Shown one piece after another: positions 18,192 to 26,885 of a DNA stretch of 32,000 bases (the first letter of the stretch is position 1; every line of letters begins with the position of its first letter). The stretch lies in contig NC_009033.1 of NCBI RefSeq assembly GCF_000015945.1, positions 1,080,001 through 1,112,000 on the forward strand, given 5' to 3'. The position numbers were made by a program, and so were the translations under genes. The notes under the pieces are model-generated. The model searched no databases. It had not been told where the DNA came from and saw only the letters and a program-made list of their open reading frames with translations. The DNA is from Staphylothermus marinus F1. GTDB lineage: Archaea; Thermoproteota; Thermoprotei_A; Sulfolobales; Desulfurococcaceae.

Positions 18192-19133
18192 TTATGTAGT
18201 TGGAAGATCTATTCCTAACTCTTTTGCAAGCTCTTTATATCTATTTCTTACAGTTACCTCGGTCACCCCAGCTACATGTGCAATTTCTTTCTGCGTTCTG
18301 CGTTCACCTGATAATTGCGCAGCTATATATACTGCAGCTGCTGCTAACCCTGCTGGATCATTTCCTGCTGTAACACCTAATGATCTAGCTCTATGAAGGA
18401 TCTCGGCTGCTTTCTTCATTACACTACCGCTTAAATTTAAAGCATGTGCTATTCGTGGTATGAAATCTATGGGATCGCTTGTCTGCACTTTTATATCGAG
18501 TTCTTTGAGGAGTAATCTATAGCATCTAGCGATATCTTTTCTACTACTCTTGGTATGTTTAGCTATTTCATCCAGAGTTCTTGGAATTTTTAATTCTCGG
18601 CAAGCAGCATATATTGCAGCAGCTATGACGCTTTCAATGCTTCTTCCGCGTACAAGGCCTTTTTCAACAGCTCTTCTATAAATTCTAGCGGCTTCTTCTT
18701 TCACATTTCTAGGTAGGTTGAGCTGGTCTGATAACCGGTCTAGCTCGTTCATTGCTTGTGCTAGGTTTCTCTCAATACTGCTCTGTATTCTTGATCTTGC
18801 TTGCCATCTTCGAAGCTTCTGTATTTCTAGTCTTCTACGTGGTTCTAGTCTTTTGCCTGTAGCATCTTTGTTTGAATAATCTATCGCGGTAGCTAATCCT
18901 CTATCGTGGACAGTGCTTGTTAATGGTCCTCCTATTCTGCTTCTTCTCTCCCTCTCTTCTGGAGTAAAAGCTCTCCACTCAGGTCTATCATCAATAACTT
19001 TTTCTTCGATTACTTCGCCTGTCAATAAACAAATATATTCTCCCATCTCTGGATCATAAATTATTTGATCTTCTGGACATTTTTGTTTATCTTTGGGAGA
19101 AGTATTTACTGGATTAGACATATTGTTCACCAT
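18192..19133 (-). CDS. tfb: transcription initiation factor B (TFB/TFIIB)
   Basis: The B-reader/linker [19 protein letters not shown] and two cyclin-fold repeats are present. The N-terminus [23 protein letters not shown] closely resembles the Sulfolobus TFB1 N-terminus as I recall it. Confidence 0.92.
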   Translation of the reverse strand: MVNNMSNPVNTSPKDKQKCPEDQIIYDPEMGEYICLLTGEVIEEKVIDDRPEWRAFTPEERERRSRIGGPLTSTVHDRGLATAIDYSNKDATGKRLEPRRRLEIQKLRRWQARSRIQSSIERNLAQAMNELDRLSDQLNLPRNVKEEAARIYRRAVEKGLVRGRSIESVIAAAIYAACRELKIPRTLDEIAKHTKSSRKDIARCYRLLLKELDIKVQTSDPIDFIPRIAHALNLSGSVMKKAAEILHRARSLGVTAGNDPAGLAAAAVYIAAQLSGERRTQKEIAHVAGVTEVTVRNRYKELAKELGIDLPTT

Positions 19134-19326
19134 AAATAGTTTTAGCTATTAACAGGTATGTTAGAACCCTTATAAATTTTTCCATAAATTATATAAATCA
19201 GACAATGAGGGGGTTTATAACTTTAATCACATATTATTTTAAAAATTTATCATCAAATCGGATCCGGCTAGATATCAAAATATAAAAACCCAGAATAATT
19301 AATTAAACAAATATGATGAAATAAGT

Positions 19327-19426
19327 AGCCGGGTCGTCTAGCGGCCAAGGATGCGGGGCTCTGGCCCAGTTGTAAATGCTGGGGAGAACCCCCGTGACCG
19401 GGGTTCGAATCCCCGCCCGGCTACCA
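19327..19426 (+). tRNA. tRNA-Gln (anticodon CTG) with an intron of about 24 nt after position 37; CCA encoded
   Basis: Manual fold: acceptor AGCCGGG/CCCGGCT, D stem GTCT/GGAT and anticodon stem CGGGG/CCCCG. The anticodon loop is CT-CTG-G, then the intron CCCAGTTGTAAATGCTGGGGAGAA. The T arm is CGGGG-TTCGAAT-CCCCG, the discriminator is A, and CCA is encoded. Confidence 0.8.
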
Positions 19427-19457
19427 TTCTATTTACAATATATGGGTGTGATGCTAA

Positions 19458-20177
19458 ATGACTACAAAGCTCTTGTACCAATATGACTCGTATTTAAAGG
19501 AGAATACTGCAACAATAAGGGAAGTTATTGGTAATAAGATAGTGTTTGATACAACAATTTTTCATCCTAGAAGCGGCGGTGTCGATCACGATACTGGTAA
19601 ATTAGTTAAAGATAACAAAGAATATAGAGTTGTCCAAGTTTTGTTTGATAAAAATATTGGTGATGTAGTTCATATTGTTGATGGAGAACATGATCTTAAG
19701 GCGGGTGATGTCGTTAAACAAGTTATTGACTGGAATAGAAGATATAAGCTTATGAGACTACATACAGCAGCTCATATATTGGCTTCTGTTATGTATAGGG
19801 ATTATGGAGCATTAATTACTGGCGGCAATATTTCCGAAGAATACGCCTATGACGATTATAGCCTCGAGGAATTCAATAAAGAACTATTTCTAGATGTTGT
19901 TGAAAAAGCGAATCAGATTATTAAGCGCAATATTGAAGTTAAGGTTTATTGGTTACCAAGGGAGGAAGCCTTAAAAATACCTGGCATTGTGAAACTAGCT
20001 AAACGCATGCCTCCAAATATTGATATGTTAAGAATAGTTGAAATACCTGGTGTTGATATACAAGCTGACGGCGGCCCCCACGTTAAGAATACAGGTGAGA
20101 TCGGCGAGATTGTTCCATTGAAGATTGTCAATAAGGGTAGAAAGAGGAAGAGGTTATACTATACAGTTAAACCTTAA
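19458..20177 (+). CDS. alaX: alanyl-tRNA editing protein AlaX (AlaX-M type)
   Basis: The editing-domain Zn motifs RLHTAAHIL and ...GGPHVKNTGEIG are present. The size (239 aa) is typical of stand-alone AlaX. Confidence 0.82.
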   Translation: MTTKLLYQYDSYLKENTATIREVIGNKIVFDTTIFHPRSGGVDHDTGKLVKDNKEYRVVQVLFDKNIGDVVHIVDGEHDLKAGDVVKQVIDWNRRYKLMRLHTAAHILASVMYRDYGALITGGNISEEYAYDDYSLEEFNKELFLDVVEKANQIIKRNIEVKVYWLPREEALKIPGIVKLAKRMPPNIDMLRIVEIPGVDIQADGGPHVKNTGEIGEIVPLKIVNKGRKRKRLYYTVKP

Positions 20178-20189
20178 GGTTAGAATAGC

Positions 20190-20993
20190 TTGGATAGCCT
20201 AGTAGATTATATTTTACAGGGAATAATAGGGCTGCCTCCTACATATCAGTTATTCTTCATTGGACTTATACCGGCCGTGCTGACTTCTATTGGTTCTTTT
20301 CCAGTAATTCTAGGAAAGAAGATCAGTGAAAAATACATATATGCTGGATTAGGTTTTTCAGGTGGAGTAATGCTTGTTGCTTTATTCACCAGCTTATTAA
20401 TTCCCTCATTAGATATGGGTTGTTATCTATGTGTTTATACTGGATTTATAGTTGGCGCTTTAACAATTTATGTACTAGATAAATCTCTTCCGCATTTACA
20501 TTTTATTAAAGGGTATGAGGGGCCTAAGTGGTTTCGTAGAACATACATGCGGATGCTTCTAGTTGTTCTAGCAATAATTATACATAATATTCCTGAAGGT
20601 ATGGCGGTTGGTGTATCAACTATTTATGGATTAAAAGATGGAGTACTAGTAGCCTTGGCTATTGGTATACAGGACATACCGGAGGGCTTAGCTGTATCTC
20701 TTCCTTATTATAGTGTTTCAAAAGACATGCGGAAATCATTGGCTCTAGGAGTGATTAGCGGTTTTTCCGAATTAGCGGCTGCATATATTCCTCTAGGCGT
20801 AGTTGTCTTGTTCAGCAATGTTCTAGAACTACTCATGCCTTTCCTAATGAGTTTCTCAGCTGGTGCAATGATATATGTTGTCGTCCACGAGCTTATCCCG
20901 GAAACATATAGTCACGGCCACGATGATTTATCAACGCTCGGCTTCTTTACCGGTTTTATTATAATGTTTCTCCTCGACACTTTTCTCGGCTAA
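20190..20993 (+). CDS. ZIP family divalent metal (zinc) transporter
   Basis: The protein is multi-pass hydrophobic with HNIPEGMAVG, QDIPEGLAV and HELIPE motifs typical of ZupT/ZIP transporters. The start is TTG at 20190. Confidence 0.8.
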   Translation: MDSLVDYILQGIIGLPPTYQLFFIGLIPAVLTSIGSFPVILGKKISEKYIYAGLGFSGGVMLVALFTSLLIPSLDMGCYLCVYTGFIVGALTIYVLDKSLPHLHFIKGYEGPKWFRRTYMRMLLVVLAIIIHNIPEGMAVGVSTIYGLKDGVLVALAIGIQDIPEGLAVSLPYYSVSKDMRKSLALGVISGFSELAAAYIPLGVVVLFSNVLELLMPFLMSFSAGAMIYVVVHELIPETYSHGHDDLSTLGFFTGFIIMFLLDTFLG

Positions 20994-21703
20994 TATATAA
21001 CTTCTATTTTTTGGCCCTTAATTGTTATTATAGAACCCGTTCTAGCCTCACAGTATTTCTCCGGATATTTTTTCTTAACATAGTCCTTGGTTGCTTCGCC
21101 GCTACAATGAGTAGGACATATATGTTTTGTAATACGTGCTAAACTATCAATAACACTTCTCGGTGGAGAATGGAATCCTCCGATCACTAAGAATAAGTTT
21201 TTACCAGTGATCTTCTTCGTGATCTCCGATAGTTTATCTACACCTGGATGACTACATCCAACTATAAGTATCGGATTTGTTTCTTCATTATAAATAAATA
21301 ATCCATGCTCATATAGATAACCGTGTTTGAGGGGGCCAGTGCTCCACGTATTTATTGACAATTTTGTTGGTTCACGTATGATTATTGGTATAAGATTATA
21401 GTTTTTCAAATAATTAACATCACCAGGTGGTGCATAGATTTTTAGTTTACGTTTCAAATTAGTGAAATATTTGAATCCACCATAATGATCACTGTGGTGA
21501 TGGCTTAAGAAACAATAATCTAGTTTCTCTAAATTAACTCCTAATTGTTCAGCATTAAACCTTATTATTTCCGGAGAAGTATTGGCATCGAAAAGCAGTT
21601 TTTCACCCATAACTTCAATATATATGCTCCACCCCCAATCATTGAGTAGACCAAGCTTACCAACATTATCATTTAACACAATCAACTTAACCGAGAAACT
21701 CAT
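20990..21703 (-). CDS. metallo-beta-lactamase fold protein (COG1237-like)
   Basis: The N-terminus KLIVLNDN...WGWSIYIEV...LLFDANTS and the motif LSHHHSDHYGG (HxHxDH) are present. The stop overlaps the ZIP gene stop by 4 nt. Confidence 0.7.
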   Translation of the reverse strand: MSFSVKLIVLNDNVGKLGLLNDWGWSIYIEVMGEKLLFDANTSPEIIRFNAEQLGVNLEKLDYCFLSHHHSDHYGGFKYFTNLKRKLKIYAPPGDVNYLKNYNLIPIIIREPTKLSINTWSTGPLKHGYLYEHGLFIYNEETNPILIVGCSHPGVDKLSEITKKITGKNLFLVIGGFHSPPRSVIDSLARITKHICPTHCSGEATKDYVKKKYPEKYCEARTGSIITIKGQKIEVIY

Positions 21704-21741
21704 CTAGCTTACCTACATATTGTTTTAGGGAAAAATATATG

Positions 21742-21838
21742 CGGGCCCGCGGGGATTCGAACCCCGGGTCTCCGGCTGGCCCTGCTAAAACACTGTGCTT
21801 AGGAGGCCGGCGCCCTATCCTGGCTAGGCTACGGGCCC
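21742..21838 (-). tRNA. tRNA-Arg (anticodon CCT) with an intron of about 22 nt at the canonical position
   Basis: The reverse complement is GGGCCCG-TA-GCCT-AGCCAGGATA-GGGC-G-CCGGC-CTCCTA, then the intron AGCACAGTGTTTTAGCAGGGCC. It continues A-GCCGG-AGACC-CGGGG-TTCGAAT-CCCCG-CGGGCCC-G. No CCA is encoded. Confidence 0.82.
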
Positions 21839-22007
21839 TTTATTATCTCTACGTTATTTTTGATTAGTTTATGGGAGATATATAGTTTTATCTTATATAT
21901 CTAATACTTTCACCCACCTCTCTTTAATTGATCAAGTATTCATGTTTGTCTACACTAAAACATTGTGTAAACAATTATTCAGAAAAATGTATTTGAGATG
22001 ATATAGT

Positions 22008-22202
22008 ATGGTTTTAAAAGTAGTCACTTTTAAAGCGGATGAAGATTTAGTTGAGAAAATAGATGAATACGCATCAATCCTAGGTATTTCACGTAGTGAA
22101 CTAATAAGAATGGCGCTTGAAAGACTAATACTGGAAATGACGAAAATAGAAGATAGAAAAATCAATAAGGAAATAAATAGTGAAGTAGTAATTGTAATAT
22201 AA
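22008..22202 (+). CDS. ribbon-helix-helix (CopG/Arc/MetJ-like) DNA-binding protein, 64 aa
   Basis: The N-terminal beta-strand VVTFKADEDLVEKIDEYA is followed by GISRSELIRMALERLI, the classic RHH pattern. The gene is solitary and embedded among three tRNA genes. Confidence 0.6.
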   Translation: MVLKVVTFKADEDLVEKIDEYASILGISRSELIRMALERLILEMTKIEDRKINKEINSEVVIVI

Positions 22203-22259
22203 ATATAAGCTTTATCATCTAATATTTATAAATCCCATAAATATAATCAAAAAATTGAA

Positions 22260-22371
22260 GCCGCCGTAGCTCAGCCTGGCAGAGCGCCGGACTCATACGG
22301 AGCCACGGGTCCGAAGTCGACTAAGCTCAGGGGAGATCCGGTTGTCCCGGGTTCAAATCCCGGCGGCGGCA
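22260..22371 (+). tRNA. tRNA with anticodon CAT (elongator Met or Ile2) and an intron of about 38 nt
   Basis: The fold is GCCGCCG-TA-GCTC-AGCCTGGCA-GAGC-G-CCGGA-CTCATA, then the intron CGGAGCCACGGGTCCGAAGTCGACTAAGCTCAGGGGAG. It continues A-TCCGG-TTGTC-CCGGG-TTCAAAT-CCCGG-CGGCGGC-A. A T-run follows. It lacks the A1:U72 pair and the GGG/CCC anticodon stem of an initiator tRNA. Confidence 0.8.
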
Positions 22372-22471
22372 TTTTTCATCCAACTCTATCATTAGCTAGT
22401 TTATCCTATCATGGAAAAATCTTGATAAAGAGTTTTAAAGGAAAATAACATGGATAAATAAGTGATATTGG

Positions 22472-22579
22472 GGGGCCGTAGTCTAGCCTGGCTAGGATGC
22501 GGGGCACACTAGGCTCCAAATAGGACCTAGTGCCCGAGTTGGGCCCCCGTGACCCGGGGTTCAAATCCCCGCGGCCCCA
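22472..22579 (+). tRNA. tRNA-Pro (anticodon TGG) with an intron of about 33 nt at a non-canonical position (around 31-33)
   Basis: The fold is GGGGCCG-TA-GTCT-AGCCTGGCTA-GGAT-G-CGGGG-C, then the intron ACACTAGGCTCCAAATAGGACCTAGTGCCCGAG. It continues TTGGGC-CCCCG-TGACC-CGGGG-TTCAAAT-CCCCG-CGGCCCC-A. Only this splice placement gives a 7-nt loop, C-T-TGG-G-C. Confidence 0.75.
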
Positions 22580-22699
22580 CTACTAACTAATCCTAGTATC
22601 CACAAATCAATCTCTTAATTTACTCAAGTTGTTTTCAACAATATTTTTAGTCAGAAATAATATGTTGATCACTATATTCTTCATCTTGGTGTAGGTGTA

Positions 22700-25255
22700 T
22701 TGGATATAAAAGTATTCCTTACAGGATATTCTCATATCGATAGTGAGTGGCTCTGGCCTCTAGAAGAATCTCTACGTGTTGTTAATGAAACATTTTCTCA
22801 AGTTATAAATTTAATGGAGAAATACAATGATTTATTCTTTGTTACGGGTTCTTCTCTTTACTATGAATATGTCGAGAAGAACGATAATGTCTTGTTTAAC
22901 AAGATCAAACACTTCGTGGAGAGAGGCCGCTGGGAGCTTTCCGGAGGATTTATAGAGTTTGACGCAAACATGGCTTCGGGAGAATCAATTGTTAGACAAC
23001 TTGTTATGAGCCAGAAATATTTTTATCAACATTTCAACAAGTATGCTGAGATATTGTTTTTACCTGATTCCTTCGGCTTCCCCTCCAGCCTTCCACAACT
23101 ACTTAGAAAATCCAGAATCAAATACTTTGTTACATCGAAGCTTAGATGGAACGATACAAATGATTTCTCATATCCTATTTTTATTTGGCGTAGTAATGAT
23201 GGTAGCAAGGTATTAGCGTATATTACTCCTCTAGATTATAATGAGTTCTTAACCAATTATGGAAGAATAATATTTGTTGTTTATGAACAATTAAGAAAAC
23301 AAGAGATCCCAGCAGTACTGATAATTTATGGTAAAGGAGATCATGGTGGCGGAATAGATGAGGATACTATAAAGAATATAATAGAATGGCGTAGACGAAA
23401 AGAAAGATTTATATCAATAAATCCTTCACGAATAAGGGATTTTTTCAAATATGTCGAAAAACACTACACTGATAAACTCCCCATATACATAGGGGAGCTC
23501 TACTTAGAGTTTCATAGAGGAACATATACGGTTGGTTCGTTTATTAAGAAGCTTAACAGATATAATGAAGAATTATTGTTAAGCATAGAGAAACTCTACA
23601 CGATACTCAATATTTTATTCAATATAGAATATCCAAGCATTGTCGAGAAGTTCTGGCGCCTACTACTGATAAATCAGGGACACGATGCTTTATCAGCTAC
23701 ATTATCACCTAACGTATACATAGAAGTTAGGACCAGGGCATACATGTTATTTAAGCAATTACTAAAACTATATCGAAGAGGACTCGACAAAATATTGGAG
23801 AAAACTAATGGAAAATATGTATTGTTTAACCCGAATAATTTCCCATTAACTACATATATGAGGGTTCGTGGAAGCATAGAAGGTATATTCCAGGATCTAG
23901 GAGATAATGAAAAACTAGTATATGTAAGAAACATTCCGCCCCTAGGATTTAAAGTTATAAATTCATTTAATGATATACCCAGCGATGCCGTCAAGATAAA
24001 TGAAGATAAAGATTTCATATTTCTTGAAAACAACTATTTGAAAATAATAATCGATAAAAAGAAGTGTTTGGTAACAAACATTTTTGATAAGCGTTTAAAC
24101 CTTAATATTCTCAGAAAACCTATTCGGTTAAGAATGTATAGCGACCTACCCATGCCTACTAGAGGAAGATTATTTGCTGCAGGATTATTTGATGCTTGGG
24201 AAACATATTATCTTGACGGATTAAACAAGTATTTATACAAGGATTTAGAGCCCGTAGAAGTAGAGATAAAACATCGCGGACCACTATATGCATCAGTTTA
24301 TTGTAGGTACATCTATAAACAATGGTTTAGAAGGGGATATGCTGATATATCGGCTGAGATCGGTTTATATGCTGACAAACCATATGTCGAGATATATTTA
24401 GACATGATATGGAGAACAAAACATAAAATGCTCAAGCTTCTCATACCATTAAATATCGATTCAGAAACCGCGGTATTCGAAGCTCCTTACGGAGTTATAG
24501 AAAGAAAAGACCCTCTAAGATCAAGTGATCCATTTGATAAGGCAAAATACGAAGTACCAGGGCATTCATGGGTAGATGTATCAAACGGCGAATTCGGTGT
24601 ATCCATTATTACTGATTCAAAGTATGGATATAGCTGGATGAACGGTGCAATAGGAGTGAGCTTGCTTAGATCACCATTATTCCCTATTAGAGAAGCGTAT
24701 GCAGGCTATGTGGAAGAATATAGACATGTTCAGAATAAAATGCTTGACTTAAAGTTTTCAAAGCTTAAAGGCTTAACAAAGAAGATACTAAACTTCTTAT
24801 TAATGATAAACACGTACCTATCATATTTGAGATTTTCTAAAAGACCCCTCTACATGGATCAAGGACGTAGAACAGCGCGGATATGGATATATCCACATAA
24901 GGGAACATATGTGGAGGGCAAAACATATCGTGTTGCTAGAGAACTTCTAACAATCCACATGCTTGGTTATAAGAATAATTCAGCGAATAAAAACACTAGT
25001 ATTTCAGTGATGAATGTTGAGCCAGACAATATAGTGATTACAACTGTTAAACAATTAAAGCCAGGCAAGATATTGTTGAGAGTATATAACCCCATAAACA
25101 AAACAATTATTGCTTGTTTAAGAACAAGCTTCAAGTACAATAAGGTCTACGAGACAGATTTCCTAGGAAATACGCTTAATTACTTAGAAGAAGATAATGG
25201 ATGTATAAAATTATGTTTTAAACCATACGAGGTTAAAACAATTATTTTTACGTAA
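22700..25255 (+). CDS. alpha-mannosidase, glycoside hydrolase family 38
   Basis: The N-terminus FLTGYSHIDSEWLWP carries the GH38 metal-binding H-x-D. Also present are FLPDSFGF, GKGDHGGG and LEFHRGTYT, the central and C-terminal beta-rich domains, and a length of 851 aa. The TTG start at 22700 is required to include the conserved N-terminus. Confidence 0.88.
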   Translation: MDIKVFLTGYSHIDSEWLWPLEESLRVVNETFSQVINLMEKYNDLFFVTGSSLYYEYVEKNDNVLFNKIKHFVERGRWELSGGFIEFDANMASGESIVRQLVMSQKYFYQHFNKYAEILFLPDSFGFPSSLPQLLRKSRIKYFVTSKLRWNDTNDFSYPIFIWRSNDGSKVLAYITPLDYNEFLTNYGRIIFVVYEQLRKQEIPAVLIIYGKGDHGGGIDEDTIKNIIEWRRRKERFISINPSRIRDFFKYVEKHYTDKLPIYIGELYLEFHRGTYTVGSFIKKLNRYNEELLLSIEKLYTILNILFNIEYPSIVEKFWRLLLINQGHDALSATLSPNVYIEVRTRAYMLFKQLLKLYRRGLDKILEKTNGKYVLFNPNNFPLTTYMRVRGSIEGIFQDLGDNEKLVYVRNIPPLGFKVINSFNDIPSDAVKINEDKDFIFLENNYLKIIIDKKKCLVTNIFDKRLNLNILRKPIRLRMYSDLPMPTRGRLFAAGLFDAWETYYLDGLNKYLYKDLEPVEVEIKHRGPLYASVYCRYIYKQWFRRGYADISAEIGLYADKPYVEIYLDMIWRTKHKMLKLLIPLNIDSETAVFEAPYGVIERKDPLRSSDPFDKAKYEVPGHSWVDVSNGEFGVSIITDSKYGYSWMNGAIGVSLLRSPLFPIREAYAGYVEEYRHVQNKMLDLKFSKLKGLTKKILNFLLMINTYLSYLRFSKRPLYMDQGRRTARIWIYPHKGTYVEGKTYRVARELLTIHMLGYKNNSANKNTSISVMNVEPDNIVITTVKQLKPGKILLRVYNPINKTIIACLRTSFKYNKVYETDFLGNTLNYLEEDNGCIKLCFKPYEVKTIIFT

Positions 25256-25447
25256 TAGATTAGCTTAAACTATGAAATCAAAATCATTTTATAACATAGA
25301 TAATTACATGAGTAAATAATTGAATATGGTTTTTTAATAGCTCGAAAGAACTCTATTATAAATGTTCAGTATTGTTTAAATATTCAATAATAGTTAATAA
25401 TATATTATTTGAAAAAGGAACTATATTGATTATTATAGAAACTATGT

Positions 25448-26515
25448 GTGAGGTTTTGGAGGCTGTTGAAGAGTCTCCTAGAAAAACTTGATTTTAGCAT
25501 GGTTCTAGACGATGTAATTAATAAGGCAAAGATTGTTTTATCGGAAAGCATTGTTGAGCGACTAAGAAATGCTAGTAAAGGAGAGCTTGACAATATTACT
25601 GAAAAACACAGTACTGGTGTTTATAAACTCGTACTTAAACCTATTGACGGAGAACAATTTATTTTCTACATATATAATGGGTTCTTGATCGGAGCTATTT
25701 ATGAGAATAAAGAGAAAAAACATGGCATAGAAGCATATAACATTTTTAAATCTGGTCCCGAACAATTATTCTCCTCTATTGAAATATATAGTGTTCCCGA
25801 AAACGTTCTTGAAGAAATAATTGGAAAAGAAAAACTAGAAGAACTTAAGAAAACTATTAAACAAGAAACAAGTGTTTCCCAGCAAAGAGAGTCAATTGCA
25901 TCAACTTCATCTCAGGTTCTAGAAGTAGGAGCTAAGCAAGCTTCCCCGACTACAGAAGCAGTTGTTAAGCCTGCACCAAAAATAGATTTTGAAAGTATTA
26001 GGAAAGAAATCTATGAATTAATTGAGAGACTTGGTTTTGATATACTAGATGTTAAACTCGAATTACGCGAAGATATTGTTTATTTAACAATTGAACTCGC
26101 CCCTATGTATCAGACAGCTATGATGCTACTAGATCTTGAGAGCACGCTTTCCGCGGCTTTATCATTATATATTGAGAAAACAAGGATGGATGATAAAATA
26201 GTTAAGTCACAGATAAGAATGGCTGGTGAAACCAAGACTAAACTGCTGGTTAAAAAAGAGGACTTTATAGCAACCACTATTCTAGGCAAAATAGTTAGAG
26301 CACTAAACGAGAACGGTGTACCAGTTACTAAGTCAACATATAAAATATCTAAGGATAAACTAGAAGTTTTTCTCGAGGTTAAAAAACCAGTATACCCAGG
26401 TATAGATACCAAAGCTGTTCTACAAAAAGTATATGATGAAGTAAAGAATGAATGGAATGGAAAATCAGAGATATATGTGAAAGCAGGTAGATTCTCCAAA
26501 TACAAGATCCCATAA
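25448..26515 (+). CDS. hypothetical protein: DUF4388/PATAN-like N-terminal domain, S/T/Q-rich linker, unknown C-terminal alpha/beta domain
   Basis: The N-terminal TGVYKLVLKPIDGEQFIFYIYNGFLIGAIYENKEKKHGIEAYNIF follows the tG.l.l....g.i.f..G.i..A....G.eA pattern. The low-complexity linker is QETSVSQQRESIASTSSQ...PTTEA. The track start is GTG at 25448, and the ATG at 25499 (MVLDDV...) is equally plausible. Confidence 0.5.
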   Translation: MRFWRLLKSLLEKLDFSMVLDDVINKAKIVLSESIVERLRNASKGELDNITEKHSTGVYKLVLKPIDGEQFIFYIYNGFLIGAIYENKEKKHGIEAYNIFKSGPEQLFSSIEIYSVPENVLEEIIGKEKLEELKKTIKQETSVSQQRESIASTSSQVLEVGAKQASPTTEAVVKPAPKIDFESIRKEIYELIERLGFDILDVKLELREDIVYLTIELAPMYQTAMMLLDLESTLSAALSLYIEKTRMDDKIVKSQIRMAGETKTKLLVKKEDFIATTILGKIVRALNENGVPVTKSTYKISKDKLEVFLEVKKPVYPGIDTKAVLQKVYDEVKNEWNGKSEIYVKAGRFSKYKIP

Positions 26516-26556
26516 ACATAAATATAAACCCGTAGAAATAACCACAAATATGAAGA

Positions 26557-26680
26557 GCCGGGGTGGCCGAGCGGTCTAAGGCGGCGGGCTGCAGGGCCCC
26601 ATAATTCACATGGACTTTACCCTGTAGGGGGTTCATGGAAACCCGCTTTACCGCGGGTTCGAATCCCGCCCCCGGCTCCA
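26557..26680 (+). tRNA. tRNA-Cys (anticodon GCA) with a 46-nt intron; CCA encoded
   Basis: The fold is GCCGGGG-TG-GCC..GGC-G-GCGGG-CTGCAG, then the intron GGCCCCATAATTCACATGGACTTTACCCTGTAGGGGGTTCATGGAA. It continues A-CCCGC-TTTACC-GCGGG-TTCGAAT-CCCGC-CCCCGGC-T-CCA. The U73 discriminator and the GCCGGGG acceptor are typical of archaeal tRNA-Cys. The variable region appears to be 6 nt. Confidence 0.75.
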
Positions 26681-26885
26681 AATTTCTAGTTCGAATCTCA
26701 TCTAATCCACCACCTCATAAGCTCCAACCCGTATAATCCGAGCTCGCACATTGTTGATAATCTGTTAACTAATTATGCAACGCTTAATCATATATCCATT
26801 ACTATGCTCTTCTTTCTTTTCTTCTTGGTGTAATAGAATGGTTAGGGAGGTTAGGGTTTTAGCTGTTGAGGATAAGTCTTGGTGA

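Noticed and set aside
19008-19079. Apparently degenerate Zn ribbon in TFB (CPED...ICLLTG instead of CxxC...CxxC)
   Set aside because: The same two-cysteine arrangement occurs in the Sulfolobus TFB1 N-terminus as I recall it ([23 protein letters not shown]). This is a lineage feature and not an anomaly.
19313-19319. ATGATGA (C-box-like) just upstream of tRNA-Gln
   Set aside because: No CTGA lies at the required spacing of about 12 nt, and there is no second box pair. It most likely belongs to the A/T-rich promoter context.
22651-22672. Minus-strand GTGATCA-11 nt-CTGA upstream of the GH38 gene as a C/D half-unit
   Set aside because: The C box is mismatched, the spacer is almost pure A/T, and there is no C'/D' pair.
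25256-25447. The roughly 190-nt AT-rich intergenic region, and a similar one at 28036..28235, as a possible replication origin
   Set aside because: Neither has ORB-like repeats or inverted repeat pairs, and no cdc6/orc1 gene is nearby. They look like ordinary promoter and terminator spacers.
26110-26681. Track ORFs 26110..26547 and 26379..26681 on the - strand
   Set aside because: The first is antisense to the 355-aa gene. The second runs through tRNA-Cys and its intron, so the tRNA explains the sequence.
26840-26856. Tandem GGTTAGGGA-GGTTAGGG (telomere-like TTAGGG pair)
   Set aside because: There are only two copies inside the decayed island, which is not enough to call a repeat array.
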